Assembly (NCBI RefSeq): GCF_009914755.1
Contig: NC_060937.1
DNA from: the human T2T-CHM13v2.0 reference genome, Homo sapiens
DNA: 64,000 nucleotides
Direction: 5' to 3' (one strand)
Shown here: in pieces, positions 1-16,093 of the stretch
Position numbering within the stretch: the stretch's first letter is position 1
Layout: every line of letters begins with the position of its first letter
Program-made: the position numbers and the translations under genes
Notes under the pieces: generated by a model
Databases searched by the model: none
What the model was told of the DNA's origin: nothing
Seen by the model: only the letters and a program-made list of their open reading frames with translations

Positions 1-3000
1 ATCAAGGTACCCAAACTATACATTATATACTGTACATAAGATATGAAATTACATCAAATATATATTATATTAGGTACATAAAATATGAAAGTACATCAAA
101 TATAGATTATATACTGTACATAAAATATCAAAGTACCCAAATATATATCATATACTGTACATGAAATATCAAAGTTCACAAACTATATATTATATACTGT
201 ACATAAAATATCAAAGTACCCAAACTATACATTTTATACTGTACATAAAATATGAAATTACATCAAATATATATTTTATTAGGTATGTAAAATATGAAAG
301 TACATCAAATATAGATTATATACTGTACATAAAATACCAAAGTACCCCAAATATATATTCTATACTGTACATGAAATATCAAAGTTCTCAAACTATATAT
401 TATATAGTGCACATAAAATATCAAAGTACCCAAGGTATATATTCCATACTGTACAAAAAATATCAAAGTACCCAAAGCATATATTATATGCTGTACATAA
501 AATATGAAAGTACATGAAATATATATTTTATTCTGTACATAAAATATCAAAGTACACCAAATATATATTCTATACTGTACATAAAATATCAAGGTACCCA
601 AACTATACATTATATACTGTACATAAGATATGAAATTACATCAAATATATATTATATAAGGTACATAAAATATGAAAGTACATCAAACATAGCTTATATA
701 CTGTACATAAAATATCAAAGTACCCAAATATATATCATATACTGTACATGAAATATCAAAGTTCACAAACTATATATTATATACTGTACATAAAATATCA
801 AAGTACCCAAACTATACATTTTATACTGTACATAAAATATGAAATTACATCAAATATATATTTTATTAGGTATGTAAAATATGAAAGTACATCAAATATA
901 GATTATATACTGTACATAAAATACCAAAGTACCCCAAATATATATTCTATACTGTACATGAAATATCAAAGTTCTCAAACTATATATTATATAGTGCACA
1001 TAAAATATCAAAGTACCCAAGGTATATATTCCATACTGTACAAAAAATATCAAAGTACCCAAAGCATATATTATATGCTGTACATAAAATATGAAAGTAC
1101 ATGAAATATATATTTTATTCTGTACATAAAATATCAAAGTACACCAAATATATATTCTATACTGTACATAAAATATCAAGGTACCCAAACTATACATTAT
1201 ATACTGTACATAAGATATGAAATTACATCAAATATATATTATATAAGGTACATAAAATATGAAAGTACATCAAACATAGCTTATATACTGTACATAAATT
1301 ATCAAAGTACCCAAATATATATCATATACTGTACATGAAATATCAAAGTTCACAAACTATATATTATATACTGTACATAAAATATCAAAGTACCCAAACT
1401 ATACATTATATACTGTACATAAAAGATGAAATTACATCAAATATATATTATATTACGTATGTAAAATATGAAAGTACATCAAATATAGATTATATACTGT
1501 ACATAAAATACCAAAGTACCCCAAATATATATTTTATACTGTACATGAAATATCAAAGTTCTCAAACTATATATTATATACTGCACATAAAATATCAAAG
1601 TACCCAAGGTATATATTCCATACTGTACAAAAAATATCAAAGTACCCAAAGCATATATTATATGCTGTACATAAAATATGAAAGTACATCAAATATATAT
1701 TTTATTCTGTACATAAAATATCAAAGTACACCAAATATATATTCTATACTGTACATAAAATATCAAGGTACCCAAACTACACATTATATACTGTACATAA
1801 AATATGAAATTACATCAAATATATATTATATTAGGTACATAAAATATGAAAGTACATCAAATATAGATTATATACTGTACATAAAATATCAAAGTACCCA
1901 AATATATATCATATACTGTACATGAAATATCAAAGCTCACACACTATATATTATATACTGTACATAAAATATCAAAGTACCCAAACTATACTTTATATAC
2001 TGTACATAAAATATGAAATTACATCAAATATATATTTTATTAGGTATGTAAAATATGAAAGTACATCAAGTATAGATTTTATACTGTACATAAAATACCA
2101 AAGTACCCCAAATATATATTTTATACTGTACATGAAATATCAAAGTTCTCAAACTATATATTATATACTGCACATAAAATATCAAAGTACCCAAGGTATA
2201 TATTACATACTGTACAAAAAATATCAAAGTACCCAAAGCATATATTATATGCTGTACATAAAATATGAAAGTACATGAAATATATATTTTATTCTCTACA
2301 TAAAATATCAAAGTACACCAAATATATATTCTATACTGTACATAAAATATCAAGGTACCCAAACTATACATTATATACTGTACATAAGATATGAAATTAC
2401 ATCAAATATATATTATATTAGGTACATAAAATATGAAAGTACATCAAATATAGATTATATACTGTACATAAAATATCAAAGTACCCAAATATATATCATA
2501 TACTGTACATGAAATATCAAAGTTCACAAACTATATATTATATACTGTACATAAAATATCAAAGTACCCAAACTATACATTTTATACTGTACATAAAATA
2601 TGAAATTACATCAAATATATATTTTATTAGGTATGTAAAATATGAAAGTACATCAAATATAGATTATATACTGTACATAAAATACCAAAGTACCCCAAAT
2701 ATATATTCTATACTGTACATGAAATATCAAAGTTCTCAAACTATATATTATATAGTGCACATAAAATATCAAAGTACCCAAGGTATATATTCCATACTGT
2801 ACAAAAAATATCAAAGTACCCAAAGCATATATTATATGCTGTACATAAAATATGAAAGTACATGAAATATATATTTTATTCTGTACATAAAATATCAAAG
2901 TACACCAAATATATATTCTATACTGTACATAAAATATCAAGGTACCCAAACTATACATTATATACTGTACATAAGATATGAAATTACATCAAATATATAT

Positions 3001-6000
3001 TATATAAGGTACATAAAATATGAAAGTACATCAAACATAGCTTATATACTGTACATAAAATATCAAAGTACCCAAATATATATCATATACTGTACATGAA
3101 ATATCAAAGTTCACAAACTATATATTATATACTGTACATAAAATATCAAAGTACCCAAACTATACATTATATACTGTACATAAAAGATGAAATTACATCA
3201 AATATATATTATATTAGGTAAGTAAAATATGAAAGTACATCAAATATAGATTATATACTGTACATAAAATACCAAAGTACCCCAAATATATATTTTATAC
3301 TGTACATGAAATATCAAAGTTCTCAAACTATATATTATATACTGCACATAAAATATCAAAGTACCCAAAGTATATATTCCATACTGTACAAAAAATATCA
3401 AAGTACCCAAAGCATATATTATATGCTGTACATAAAATATGAAAGTACATCAAATATATATTTTATTCTGTACATAAAATATCAAAGTACACCAAATATA
3501 TATTCTATACTGTACATAAAATATCAAGGTACCCAAACTATACATTATATACTGTACATAAAATATGAAATTACATCAAATATATATTATATTAGGTACA
3601 TAAATTATGAAAGTACATCAAATATAGATTATATACTGTACATAAAATATCAAAGTACCCAAATATATATCATATACTGTACATGAAATATCAAAGCTCA
3701 CACACTATATATTATATACTGTACATAAAATATCAAAGTACCCAAACTATACTTTATATACTGTACATAAAATATGAAATTACATCAAATATATATTTTA
3801 TTAGGTATGTAAAATATGAAAGTACATCAAGTATAGATTTTATACTGTACATAAAATACCAAAGTACCCCAAATATATATTTTATACTGTACATGAAATA
3901 TCAAAGTTCTCAAACTATATATTATATACTGCACATAAAATATCAAAGTACCCAAGGTATATATTACATACTGTACAAAAAATATCAAAGTACCCAAAGC
4001 ATATATTATATGCTGTACATAAAATATGAAAGTACATGAAATATATATTTTATTCTCTACATAAAATATCAAAGTACACCAAATATATATTCTATACTGT
4101 ACATAAAATATCAAGGTACCCAAACTATACATTATATACTGTACATAAGATATGAAATTACATCAAATATATATTATATTAGGTACATAAAATATGAAAG
4201 TACATCAAATATAGATTATATACTGTACATAAAATATCAAAGTACCCAAATATATATCATATACTGTACATGAAATATCAAAGTTCACAAACTATATATT
4301 ATATACTGTACATAAAATATCAAAGTACCCAAACTATACATTTTATACTGTACATAAAATATGAAATTACATCAAATATATATTTTATTAGGTATGTAAA
4401 ATATGAAAGTACATCAAATATAGATTATATACTGTACATAAAATACCAAAGTACCCCAAATATATATTCTATACTGTACATGAAATATCAAAGTTCTCAA
4501 ACTATATATTATATAGTGCACATAAAATATCAAAGTACCCAAGGTATATATTCCATACTGTACAAAAAATATCAAAGTACCCAAAGCATATATTATATGC
4601 TGTACATAAAATATGAAAGTACATGAAATATATATTTTATTCTGTACATAAAATATCAAAGTACACCAAATATATATTCTATACTGTACATAAAATATCA
4701 AGGTACCCAAACTATACATTATATACTGTACATAAGATATGAAATTACATCAAATATATATTATATAAGGTACATAAAATATGAAAGTACATCAAACATA
4801 GCTTATATACTGTACATAAAATATCAAAGTACCCAAATATATATCATATACTGTACATGAAATATCAAAGTTCACAAACTATATATTATATACTGTACAT
4901 AAAATATCAAAGTACCCAACCTATACATTTTATACTGTACATAAAATATGAAATTACATCAAATATATATTTTATTAGGTATGTAAAATATGAAAGTACA
5001 TCAAATATAGATTATATACTGTACATAAAATACCAAAGTACCCCAAATATATATTCTATACTGTACATGAAATATCAAAGTTCTCAAACTATATATTATA
5101 TAGTGCACATAAAATATCAAAGTACCCAAGGTATATATTCCATACTGTACAAAAAATATCAAAGTACCCAAAGCATATATTATATGCTGTACATAAAATA
5201 TGAAAGTACATGAAATATATATTTTATTCTGTACATAAAATATCAAAGTACACCAAATATATATTCTATACTGTACATAAAATATCAAGGTACCCAAACT
5301 ATACATTATATACTGTACATAAGATATGAAATTACATCAAATATATATTATATAAGGTACATAAAATATGAAAGTACATCAAACATAGCTTATATACTGT
5401 ACATAAATTATCAAAGTACCCAAATATATATCATATACTGTACATGAAATATCAAAGTTCACAAACTATATATTATATACTGTACATAAAATATCAAAGT
5501 ACCCAAACTATACATTATATACTGTACATAAAAGATGAAATTACATCAAATATATATTATATTACGTATGTAAAATATGAAAGTACATCAAATATAGATT
5601 ATATACTGTACATAAAATACCAAAGTACCCCAAATATATATTTTATACTGTACATGAAATATCAAAGTTCTCAAACTATATATTATATACTGCACATAAA
5701 ATATCAAAGTACCCAAGGTATATATTCCATACTGTACAAAAAATATCAAAGTACCCAAAGCATATATTATATGCTGTACATAAAATATGAAAGTACATCA
5801 AATATATATTTTATTCTGTACATAAAATATCAAAGTACACCAAATATATATTCTATACTGTACATAAAATATCAAGGTACCCAAACTACACATTATATAC
5901 TGTACATAAAATATGAAATTACATCAAATATATATTATATTAGGTACATAAAATATGAAAGTACATCAAATATAGATTATATACTGTACATAAAATATCA

Positions 6001-7292
6001 AAGTACCCAAATATATATCATATACTGTACATGAAATATCAAAGCTCACACACTATATATTATATACTGTACATAAAATATCAAAGTACCCAAACTATAC
6101 TTTATATACTGTACATAAAATATGAAATTACATCAAATATATATTTTATTAGGTATGTAAAATATGAAAGTACATCAAGTATAGATTTTATACTGTACAT
6201 AAAATACCAAAGTACCCCAAATATATATTTTATACTGTACATGAAATATCAAAGTTCTCAAACTATATATTATATACTGCACATAAAATATCAAAGTACC
6301 CAAGGTATATATTACATACTGTACAAAAAATATCAAAGTACCCAAAGCATATATTATATGCTGTACATAAAATATGAAAGTACATGAAATATATATTTTA
6401 TTCTCTACATAAAATATCAAAGTACACCAAATATATATTCTATACTGTACATAAAATATCAAGGTACCCAAACTATACATTATATACTGTACATAAGATA
6501 TGAAATTACATCAAATATATATTATATTAGGTACATAAAATATGAAAGTACATCAAATATAGATTATATACTGTACATAAAATATCAAAGTACCCAAATA
6601 TATATCATATACTGTACATGAAATATCAAAGTTCACAAACTATATATTATATACTGTACATAAAATATCAAAGTACCCAAACTATACATTTTATACTGTA
6701 CATAAAATATGAAATTACATCAAATATATATTTTATTAGGTATGTAAAATATGAAAGTACATCAAATATAGATTATATACTGTACATAAAATACCAAAGT
6801 ACCCCAAATATATATTCTATACTGTACATGAAATATCAAAGTTCTCAAACTATATATTATATAGTGCACATAAAATATCAAAGTACCCAAGGTATATATT
6901 CCATACTGTACAAAAAATATCAAAGTACCCAAAGCATATATTATATGCTGTACATAAAATATGAAAGTACATGAAATATATATTTTATTCTGTACATAAA
7001 ATATCAAAGTACACCAAATATATATTCTATACTGTACATAAAATATCAAGGTACCCAAACTATACATTATATACTGTACATAAGATATGAAATTACATCA
7101 AATATATATTATATAAGGTACATAAAATATGAAAGTACATCAAACATAGCTTATATACTGTACATAAAATATCAAAGTACCCAAATATATATCATATACT
7201 GTACATGAAATATCAAAGTTCACAAACTATATATTATATACTGTACATAAAATATCAAAGTACCCAAACTATACATTATATACTGTACATAA
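1..7292 (+). repeat. 4109-bp (7x587) super-repeat within the 14-mer domain: 1-~3183 repeated at 4110-~7292
   Basis: Identical ORF peptides at 161/4270, 1335/5444, 1922/6031 and 2509/6618. Rare variants ATTACGTATG (~1453/~5562) and AAACTACACATT (~1776/~5885) recur at exactly 4109 bp. Confidence 0.88.
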
Positions 7293-10200
7293 AATCTGAA
7301 ATTCCATCAAATATATATTATATTAGGTATGTAAAATATGAAAGTACATCAAATATAGATTATATACTGTACATAAAATACCAAAGTACCCCAAATATAT
7401 ATTTTATACTGTACATGAAATATCAAAGTTCTCAAACTATATATTATATACTGCACATAAAATATCAAAGTACCCAAGGTATATATTCCATACTGTACAA
7501 AAAATATCAAAGTACCCAAAGCATATATTATATGCTGTACATAAAATATGAAAGTACATCAAATATATATTTTATTCTGTACATAAAATATCAAAGTACA
7601 CCAAATATATATTCTATACTGTACATAAAATATCAAGGTACCCAAACTATACATTATATACTGTACATAAAATATGAAATTACATCAAATATATATTATA
7701 TTAGGTACATAAAATATGAAAGTACATCAAATATAGATTATATACTGTACATAAAATATCAAAGTACCCAAATATATATCATATACTGTACATGAAATAT
7801 CAAAGTTCACAAACTATATATTATAAACTGTACATAAAATATCAAAGTACCCAAACTATACATTATATACTGTACATAAAATATGAAATTACATCAAATA
7901 TATATTTTATTAGGTATGTAAAATATGAAAGTACATCAAATATAGATTATATACTGTACATAAAATACCAAAGTACCCCAAATATATATTTAATACTGTA
8001 CATGAAATATCAAAGTTCTCAAACTGTATATTATATAGTGCACATAAAATATCAAAGTACCCAAGGTATATATTCCATACTGTACAAAAATTATCAAAGT
8101 ACCCAAAGCATATATTATATGCTGTACATAAAATATGAAAGTACATCAAATATATATTTTATTCTGTACATAAAATATCAAAGTACACCCAATATATATT
8201 CTATACTGTACATAAAATATCAAGGTACCCAAACTATACATTATTTACTGTACATAAAATATGAAATTACATCAAATATATATTATATTAGGTACATAAA
8301 ATATGAAAGTACATCAAATATAGATTATATACTGTACATAAAATCTCAATGTACCCAAATATATATCATATACTGTACATGAAATATCAAAGTTCAGAAA
8401 CTATATATTATATACTGTACATAAAATATCAAAGTACCCAAACTATACATTATATACTGTACATAAAAGATGAAATTACATCAAATATATATTATATTAG
8501 GTATGTAAAATATGAAAGTACATCAAATATAGATTATATACTGTACATAAAATACCAAAGTACCCCAAATATATATTTTATACTGTACATGAAATATCAA
8601 AGTTCTCAAACTATATATTATATACTGCACATAAAATGTCAAAGTACCCAAGGTATATATTCCATACTGTACAAAAAATATCAAAGTACCCAAAGCATAT
8701 ATTATATGCTGTAAATAAAATATGAAAGTACATCAAATATATATTTTATTCTGTACATAAAATATCAAAGTACACCAAATATATATTCTATACTGTACAT
8801 AAAATATCAAGGTAACCAAACTATACATTATATACTGTACATAAGATATGAAATTACATCAAATATATATTATATTAGGTACATAAAATATGAAAGTACA
8901 TCAAATATAGATTATATACTGTACATAAAATATCAAAGTACCCAAATATATATCATATACTGTACATGAAATATCAAAGTTCACAAACTATATATTATAT
9001 ACTGTACATAAAATATCAAAGTACCCAAATATATATCATATACTGTACATGAAATATCAAAGTTCACAAACTATATATTATATACTGTACATAAAATATC
9101 AAGGTACCCACACTATACATTATATACTGTACATAAAATATGAAATTACATCAAATATATATTATATTAGGTATGTAAAATATGAAAGTACATCAAATAT
9201 AGATTATATACTGTACATAAAATACCAAAGTACCCCAAATATATATTTTATACTGTACATGAAATATCAAAGTTCTCAAACTATATATTATATAGTGCAC
9301 ATAAAATATCAAAGTACCCAAGGTATATATTCCATACTGTACAAAAATTATCAAAGTACCCAAAGCATATATTATATGCTGTACATAAAATATGAAAGTA
9401 CATCAAATATATATTTTATTCTGTACATAAAATATCAAAGTACACCCAATATATATTCTATACTGTACATAAAATATCAAGGTACCCAAACTATACATTA
9501 TTTACTGTACATAAAATATGAAATTACATCAAATATATATTATATTAGGTACATAAAATATGAAAGTACATCAAATATAGATTATATACTGTACATAAAA
9601 TCTCAAAGTACCCAAATATATATCATATACTGTACATGAAATATCAAAGTTCAGAAACTATATATTATATACTGTACATAAAATATCAAAGTACCCAAAC
9701 TATACATTATATACTGTACATAAAAGATGAAATTACATCAAATATATATTATATTAGGTATGTAAAATATGAAAGTACATCAAATATAGATTATATACTG
9801 TACATAAAATACCAAAGTACCCCAAATATATATTTTATACTGTACATGAAATATCAAAGTTCTCAAACTATATATTATATAATGCACATAAAATATCAAA
9901 GTACCCAAGGTATATATTCCATAATGTACAAAAATTATCAAAGTACCCAAAGCATATATTATATGCTGTACATAAAATATGAAAGTACATCAATTATATA
10001 TTTTATTCTGTACATAAAATATCAAAGTACACCAAATATATATTCTATACTGTACATAAAATATCAAGATACCCAAACTATACATTATATACTGTACATA
10101 AGATATGAAATTACATCAAATATATATTATATTAGGTACATAAAATATGAAAGTACATCAAATATAGATTATATACTCTACATAAAATATCAAAGTACCC

Positions 10201-11983
10201 AAATATATATCATATACTGTACATGAAATATCAAAGTTCACAAACTATATATTATATACTGTACATAAAATATCAAAGTACCCAAACTATACATTATATA
10301 CTGTACATAAAATCTGAAATTCCATCAAATATATATTATATTAGGTATGTAAAATATGAAAGTACATCAAATATAGATTATATACTGTACATAAAATACC
10401 AAAGTACCCCAAATATATATTTTATACTGTACATGAAATATCAAAGTTCTCAAACTATATATTATATACTGCACATAAAATATCAAAGTACCCAAGGTAT
10501 ATATTCCATACTGTACAAAAAATATCAAAGTACCCAAAGCATATATTATATGCTGTACATAAAATATGAAAGTACATCAAATATATATTTTATTCTGTAC
10601 ATAAAATATCAAAGTACACCAAATATATATTCTATACTGTACATAAAATATCAAGTTACCCAAACTATACATTATATACTGTACATAAAATATGAAATTA
10701 CATCAAATATATATTATATTAGGTACATAAAATATGAAAGTACATCAAATATAGATTATATACTGTACATAAAATATCAAAGTACCCAAATATATATCAT
10801 ATACTGTACATGAAATATCAAAGTTCACAAACTATATATTATATACTGTACATAAAATATCAAAGTACCCAAACTATACATTATATACTGTACATAAAAT
10901 ATGAAATTACATCAAATATATATTTTATTAGGTATGTAAAATATGAAAGTACATCAAATATAGATTATATACTGTACATAAAATACCAAAGTACCCCAAA
11001 TATATATTTAATACTGTACATGAAATATCAAAGTTCTCAAACTGTATATTATATAGTGCACATAAAATATCAAAGTACCCAAGGTATATATTCCATACTG
11101 TACAAAAATTATCAAAGTACCCAAAGCATATATTATATGCTGTACATAAAATATGAAAGTACATCAAATATATATTTTATTCTGTACATAAAATATCAAA
11201 GTACACCCAATATATATTCTATACTGTACATAAAATATCAAGGTACCCAAACTATACATTATTTACTGTACATAAAATATGAAATTACATCAAATATATA
11301 TTATATTAGGTACATAAAATATGAAAGTACATCAAATATAGATTATATACTGTACATAAAATCTCAAAGTACCCAAATATATATCATATACTGTACATGA
11401 AATATCAAAGTTCAGAAACTATATATTATATACTGTACATAAAATATCAAAGTACCCAAACTATACATTATATACTGTACATAAAAGATGAAATTACATC
11501 AAATATATATTATATTAGGTATGTAAAATATGAAAGTACATCAAATATAGATTATATACTGTACATAAAATACCAAAGTACCCCAAATATATATTTTATA
11601 CTGTACATGAAATATCAAAGTTCTCAAACTATATATTATATACTGCACATAAAATATCAAAGTACCCAAGGTATATATTCCATACTGTACAAAAAATATC
11701 AAAGTACCCAAAGCATATATTATATGCTGTAAATAAAATATGAAAGTACATCAAATATATATTTTATTCTGTACATAAAATATCAAAGTACACCGAATAT
11801 ATATTCTATACTGTACATAAAATATCAAGGTAACCAAACTATACATTATATACTGTACATAAGATATGAAATTACATCAAATATATATTATATTAGGTAC
11901 ATAAAATATGAAAGTACATCAAATATAGATTATATACTGTACATAAAATATCAAAGTACCCAAATATATATCATATACTGTAC
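7205..11983 (+). repeat. 3018-bp offset duplication of three 14-mers (7205-8965 repeated at 10223-11983)
   Basis: SEIP unit at 7205/10223, YLILY-TVYY-KNYQ unit at 7792/10810, SSET unit at 8379/11397. 3018 = 5x587+83. Confidence 0.82.
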
Positions 11984-13744
11984 ATGAAATATCAAAGTTC
12001 ACAAACTATATATTATATACTGTACATAAAATATCAAAGTACCCAAACTATACATTATATACTGTACATAAAATATGAAATTACATCAAATATATATTTT
12101 ATTAGGTATGTAAAATATGAAAGTACATCAAATATAGATTATATACTGTACATAAAATACCAAAGAACCCCAAATATATATTTTATACTGTACATGAAAT
12201 ATCAAAGTTCTCAAACTATATATTATATACTGCACATAAAATATCAAAGTACCCAAGGTATATATTCCATACTGTACAAAAAATATCAAAGTACCCAAAG
12301 CATATATTATATGCTGTACATAAAATATGAAAGTACATCAAATATATATTTTATTCTGTTCATAAAATATCAAAGTACACCAAATATATATTCTATACTG
12401 TACATAAAATATCAAGGTACCCAAACTATACATTATATACTGTACATAAAATATGAAATTACATCAAATATATATTATATTAGGTACATAAAATATGAAA
12501 GTACATCAAATATAGATTATATACTGTACATAAAATCTCAAAGTACCCAAATATATATCATATACTGTACATGAAATATCAAAGTTCAGAAACTATATAT
12601 TATATACTGTACATAAAATATCAAAGTACCCAAACTATACATTATATACTGTACATAAAAGATGAAATTACATCAAATATATATTATATTAGGTATGTAA
12701 AATATGAAAGTACATCAAATATAGATTATATACTGTACATAAAATACCAAAGTACCCCAAATATATATTTTATACTGTACATGAAATATCAAAGTTCTCA
12801 AACTATATATTATATACTGCACATAAAATATCAAAGTACCCAAGGTATATATTCCATACTGTACAAAAAATATCAAAGTACCCAAAGCATATATTATATG
12901 CTGTAAATAAAATATGAAAGTACATCAAATATATATTTTATTCTGTACATAAAATATCAAAGTACACCGAATATATATTCTATACTGTACATAAAATATC
13001 AAGGTAACCAAACTATACATTATATACTGTACATAAGATATGAAATTACATCAAATATATATTATATTAGGTACATAAAATATGAAAGTACATCAAATAT
13101 AGATTATATACTGTACATAAAATATCAAAGTACCCAAATATATATCATATACTGTACATGAAATATCAAAGTTCACAAACTATATATTATATACTGTACA
13201 TAAAATATCAAAGTACCCAAACTATACATTATATACTGTACATAAAATATGAAATTACATCAAATATATATTTTATTAGGTATGTAAAATATGAAAGTAC
13301 ATCAAATATAGATTATATACTGTACATAAAATACCAAAGAACCCCAAATATATATTTTATACTGTACATGAAATATCAAAGTTCTCAAACTATATATTAT
13401 ATACTGCACATAAAATATCAAAGTACCCAAGGTATATATTCCATACTGTACAAAAAATATCAAAGTACCCAAAGCATATATTATATGCTGTACATAAAAT
13501 ATGAAAGTACATCAAATATATATTTTATTCTGTTCATAAAATATCAAAGTACACCAAATATATATTCTATACTGTACATAAAATATCAAGGTACCCAAAC
13601 TATACATTATATACTGTACATAAAATATGAAATTACATCAAATATATATTATATTAGGTACATAAAATATGAAAGTACATCAAATATAGATTATATACTG
13701 TACATAAAATATCAAAGTACCCAAATATATATCATATACTGTAC
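11397..13744 (+). repeat. 1174-bp (2x587) tandem dimer, two copies
   Basis: ORFs 11397/12571 are identical and 11984/13158 near identical. CACCGAAT occurs at ~11791 and ~12965, and CAAAGAACC at ~12161 and ~13335. Confidence 0.87.
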
Positions 13745-16093
13745 ATGAAATATCAAAGTTCACAAACTATATATTATATACTGTACATAAAATATCAAAG
13801 TACCCAAACTATACATTATATACTGTACATAAAATATGAAATTACATCAAATATATATTTTATTAGGTATGTAAAATATGAAAGTACATCAAATATAGAT
13901 TCTATACTGTACATAAAATACCAAAGTACCCCAAATATATATTTAATACTGTACATGAAATATCAAAGTTCTCAAACTGTATATTATATAGTGCACATAA
14001 AATATCAAAGTACCCAAGGTATATATTCCATACTGTACAAAAATTATCAAAGTACCCAAAGCATATATTTTATGCTGTACAGAAAATATGAAAGTACATC
14101 AAATATATATTTTATTCTGTACATAAAATATCAAAGTACACCCAATATATATTCTGTACTGTACATAAAATATCAAGGTACCCAAACTATACATTATATA
14201 CTGTACATAAAATATGAAATTACATCAAATATATATTATATTAGGTACATAAAATATGAAAGTACATCAAATATAGATTCTATACTGTACATAAAATATC
14301 AAAGTACCCAAATATATATCATATACTGTACATGAAATATCAAATTTCACAAACTATATATTATATACTGTAAATAAAATATCAAAGTACCCACACTATA
14401 CATTATATACTGTACATAAAATATGAAATTACATCAAATATATATTATATTAGGTATGTAAAATATGAAAGTACATCAAATATAGATTATATACTGTACA
14501 TAAAATACCAAAGTACCCCAAATATATATTTTATACTGTACATGAAATATCAAAGTTCTCAAACTATATATTATATACTGCACATAAAATATCAAAGTAC
14601 CCAAGGTATATATTCCATACTGTACAAAAAATATCAAAGTACCCAAAGCATATATTATATGCTGTACATAAAATATGAAAGTACATCAAATATATATTTT
14701 ATTCTGTTCATAAAATATCAAAGTACACCAAATATATATTATATACTGTACATAAAATATCAAGGTACCCAAACTATACATTATATACTGTACATAAAAT
14801 ATGAAATTACATCAAATATATATTATATTAGGTACATAAAATATGAAAGTACATCAAATATAGATTATATACTGTACATAAAATATCAAAGTACCCAAAT
14901 ATATATCATATACTGTACATGAAATATCAAAGTTCACAAACTATATATTATATACTGTACATAAAATATCAAAGTACCCAAACTATACATTATATACTGT
15001 ACATAAAATATGAAATTACATCAAATATATATTTTATTAGGTATGTAAAATATGAAAGTACATCAAATATAGATTATATACTGTACATAAAATACCAAAG
15101 TACCCCAAATATATATTTTATACTGTACATGAAATATCAAAGTTCTCAAACTATATATTATATACTGCACATAAAATATCAAAGTACCCAAGGTATATAT
15201 TCCATACTGTACAAAAAATATCAAAGTACCCAAAGCATATATAATATGCTGTACATAAAATATGAAAGTACATGAAATATATATTATATTCTCTACATAA
15301 AATATCAAAGTACACCCAATATATATTCTATACTGTACATAAAATATCAAGGTACCCAAACTATACATTATATACTGTACATAAAATATGAAATTACATC
15401 AAATATATATTATATTAGGTACATATAATAAGAAAGTACATCAAATATAGATTATATACTGTACATAAAATATCAAAGTACCCAAATATATATCATATAC
15501 TGTACATGAAATATCAAAGTTCACAAACTATATATTATATACTGTACATAAAATATCAAAGTACCCAAACTATACAATATATACTGTACATAAAATCTGA
15601 AATTACATCAAATATATATTATATTAGGTATGTAAAATATGAAAGTACATCAAATATAGATTATATACTGTACATAAAATACCGAAGTACGCCAAATATA
15701 TATTCTATACTGTACATGAAATATCAAAGTTCTCAAACTATATATTATATAGTGCACATAAAATATCAAACTACCCAAGGTATATATTCCATACTGTACA
15801 AAAAATATCAAAGTACCCAAAGCATATATTATATGCTGTACATAAAATATGAAAGTACATCAAATATATATTTTATTCTGTACATAAAATATCAAAGTAC
15901 ACCAAATATATATTCTATACTGTACATAAAATATCAAGGTACCCAAACTATACATTATATACTGTACATAATATATGAAATTACATCAAATATATATTAT
16001 ATTAGGTACATAAAATATGAAAGTACATGAAATATAGATTATATACTGTACATAAAATACCAAATAACCCCAAATATATATTATATACTGTAC

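Larger units (their letters stand above)
1..16093 (+). repeat. 587-bp 14-mer higher-order repeat domain (~27 copies; continues beyond left edge)
   Basis: Unit starts (ATG of M1) at 161, 748, 1335, 1922, 2509, 3096, 3683 ... 8379, then 9049, 9636 ... 14919, 15506, spaced 587 = 14x42-1. Diagnostic variants: AGGTATGTAAAA, AGTTCTCAAA, TGCACATA, TATTCCATA, AGCATATATTATATGCTG, CAAGGTACC, and a 41-bp last monomer (ACCCAAATATATATCATATAC). Confidence 0.93.
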
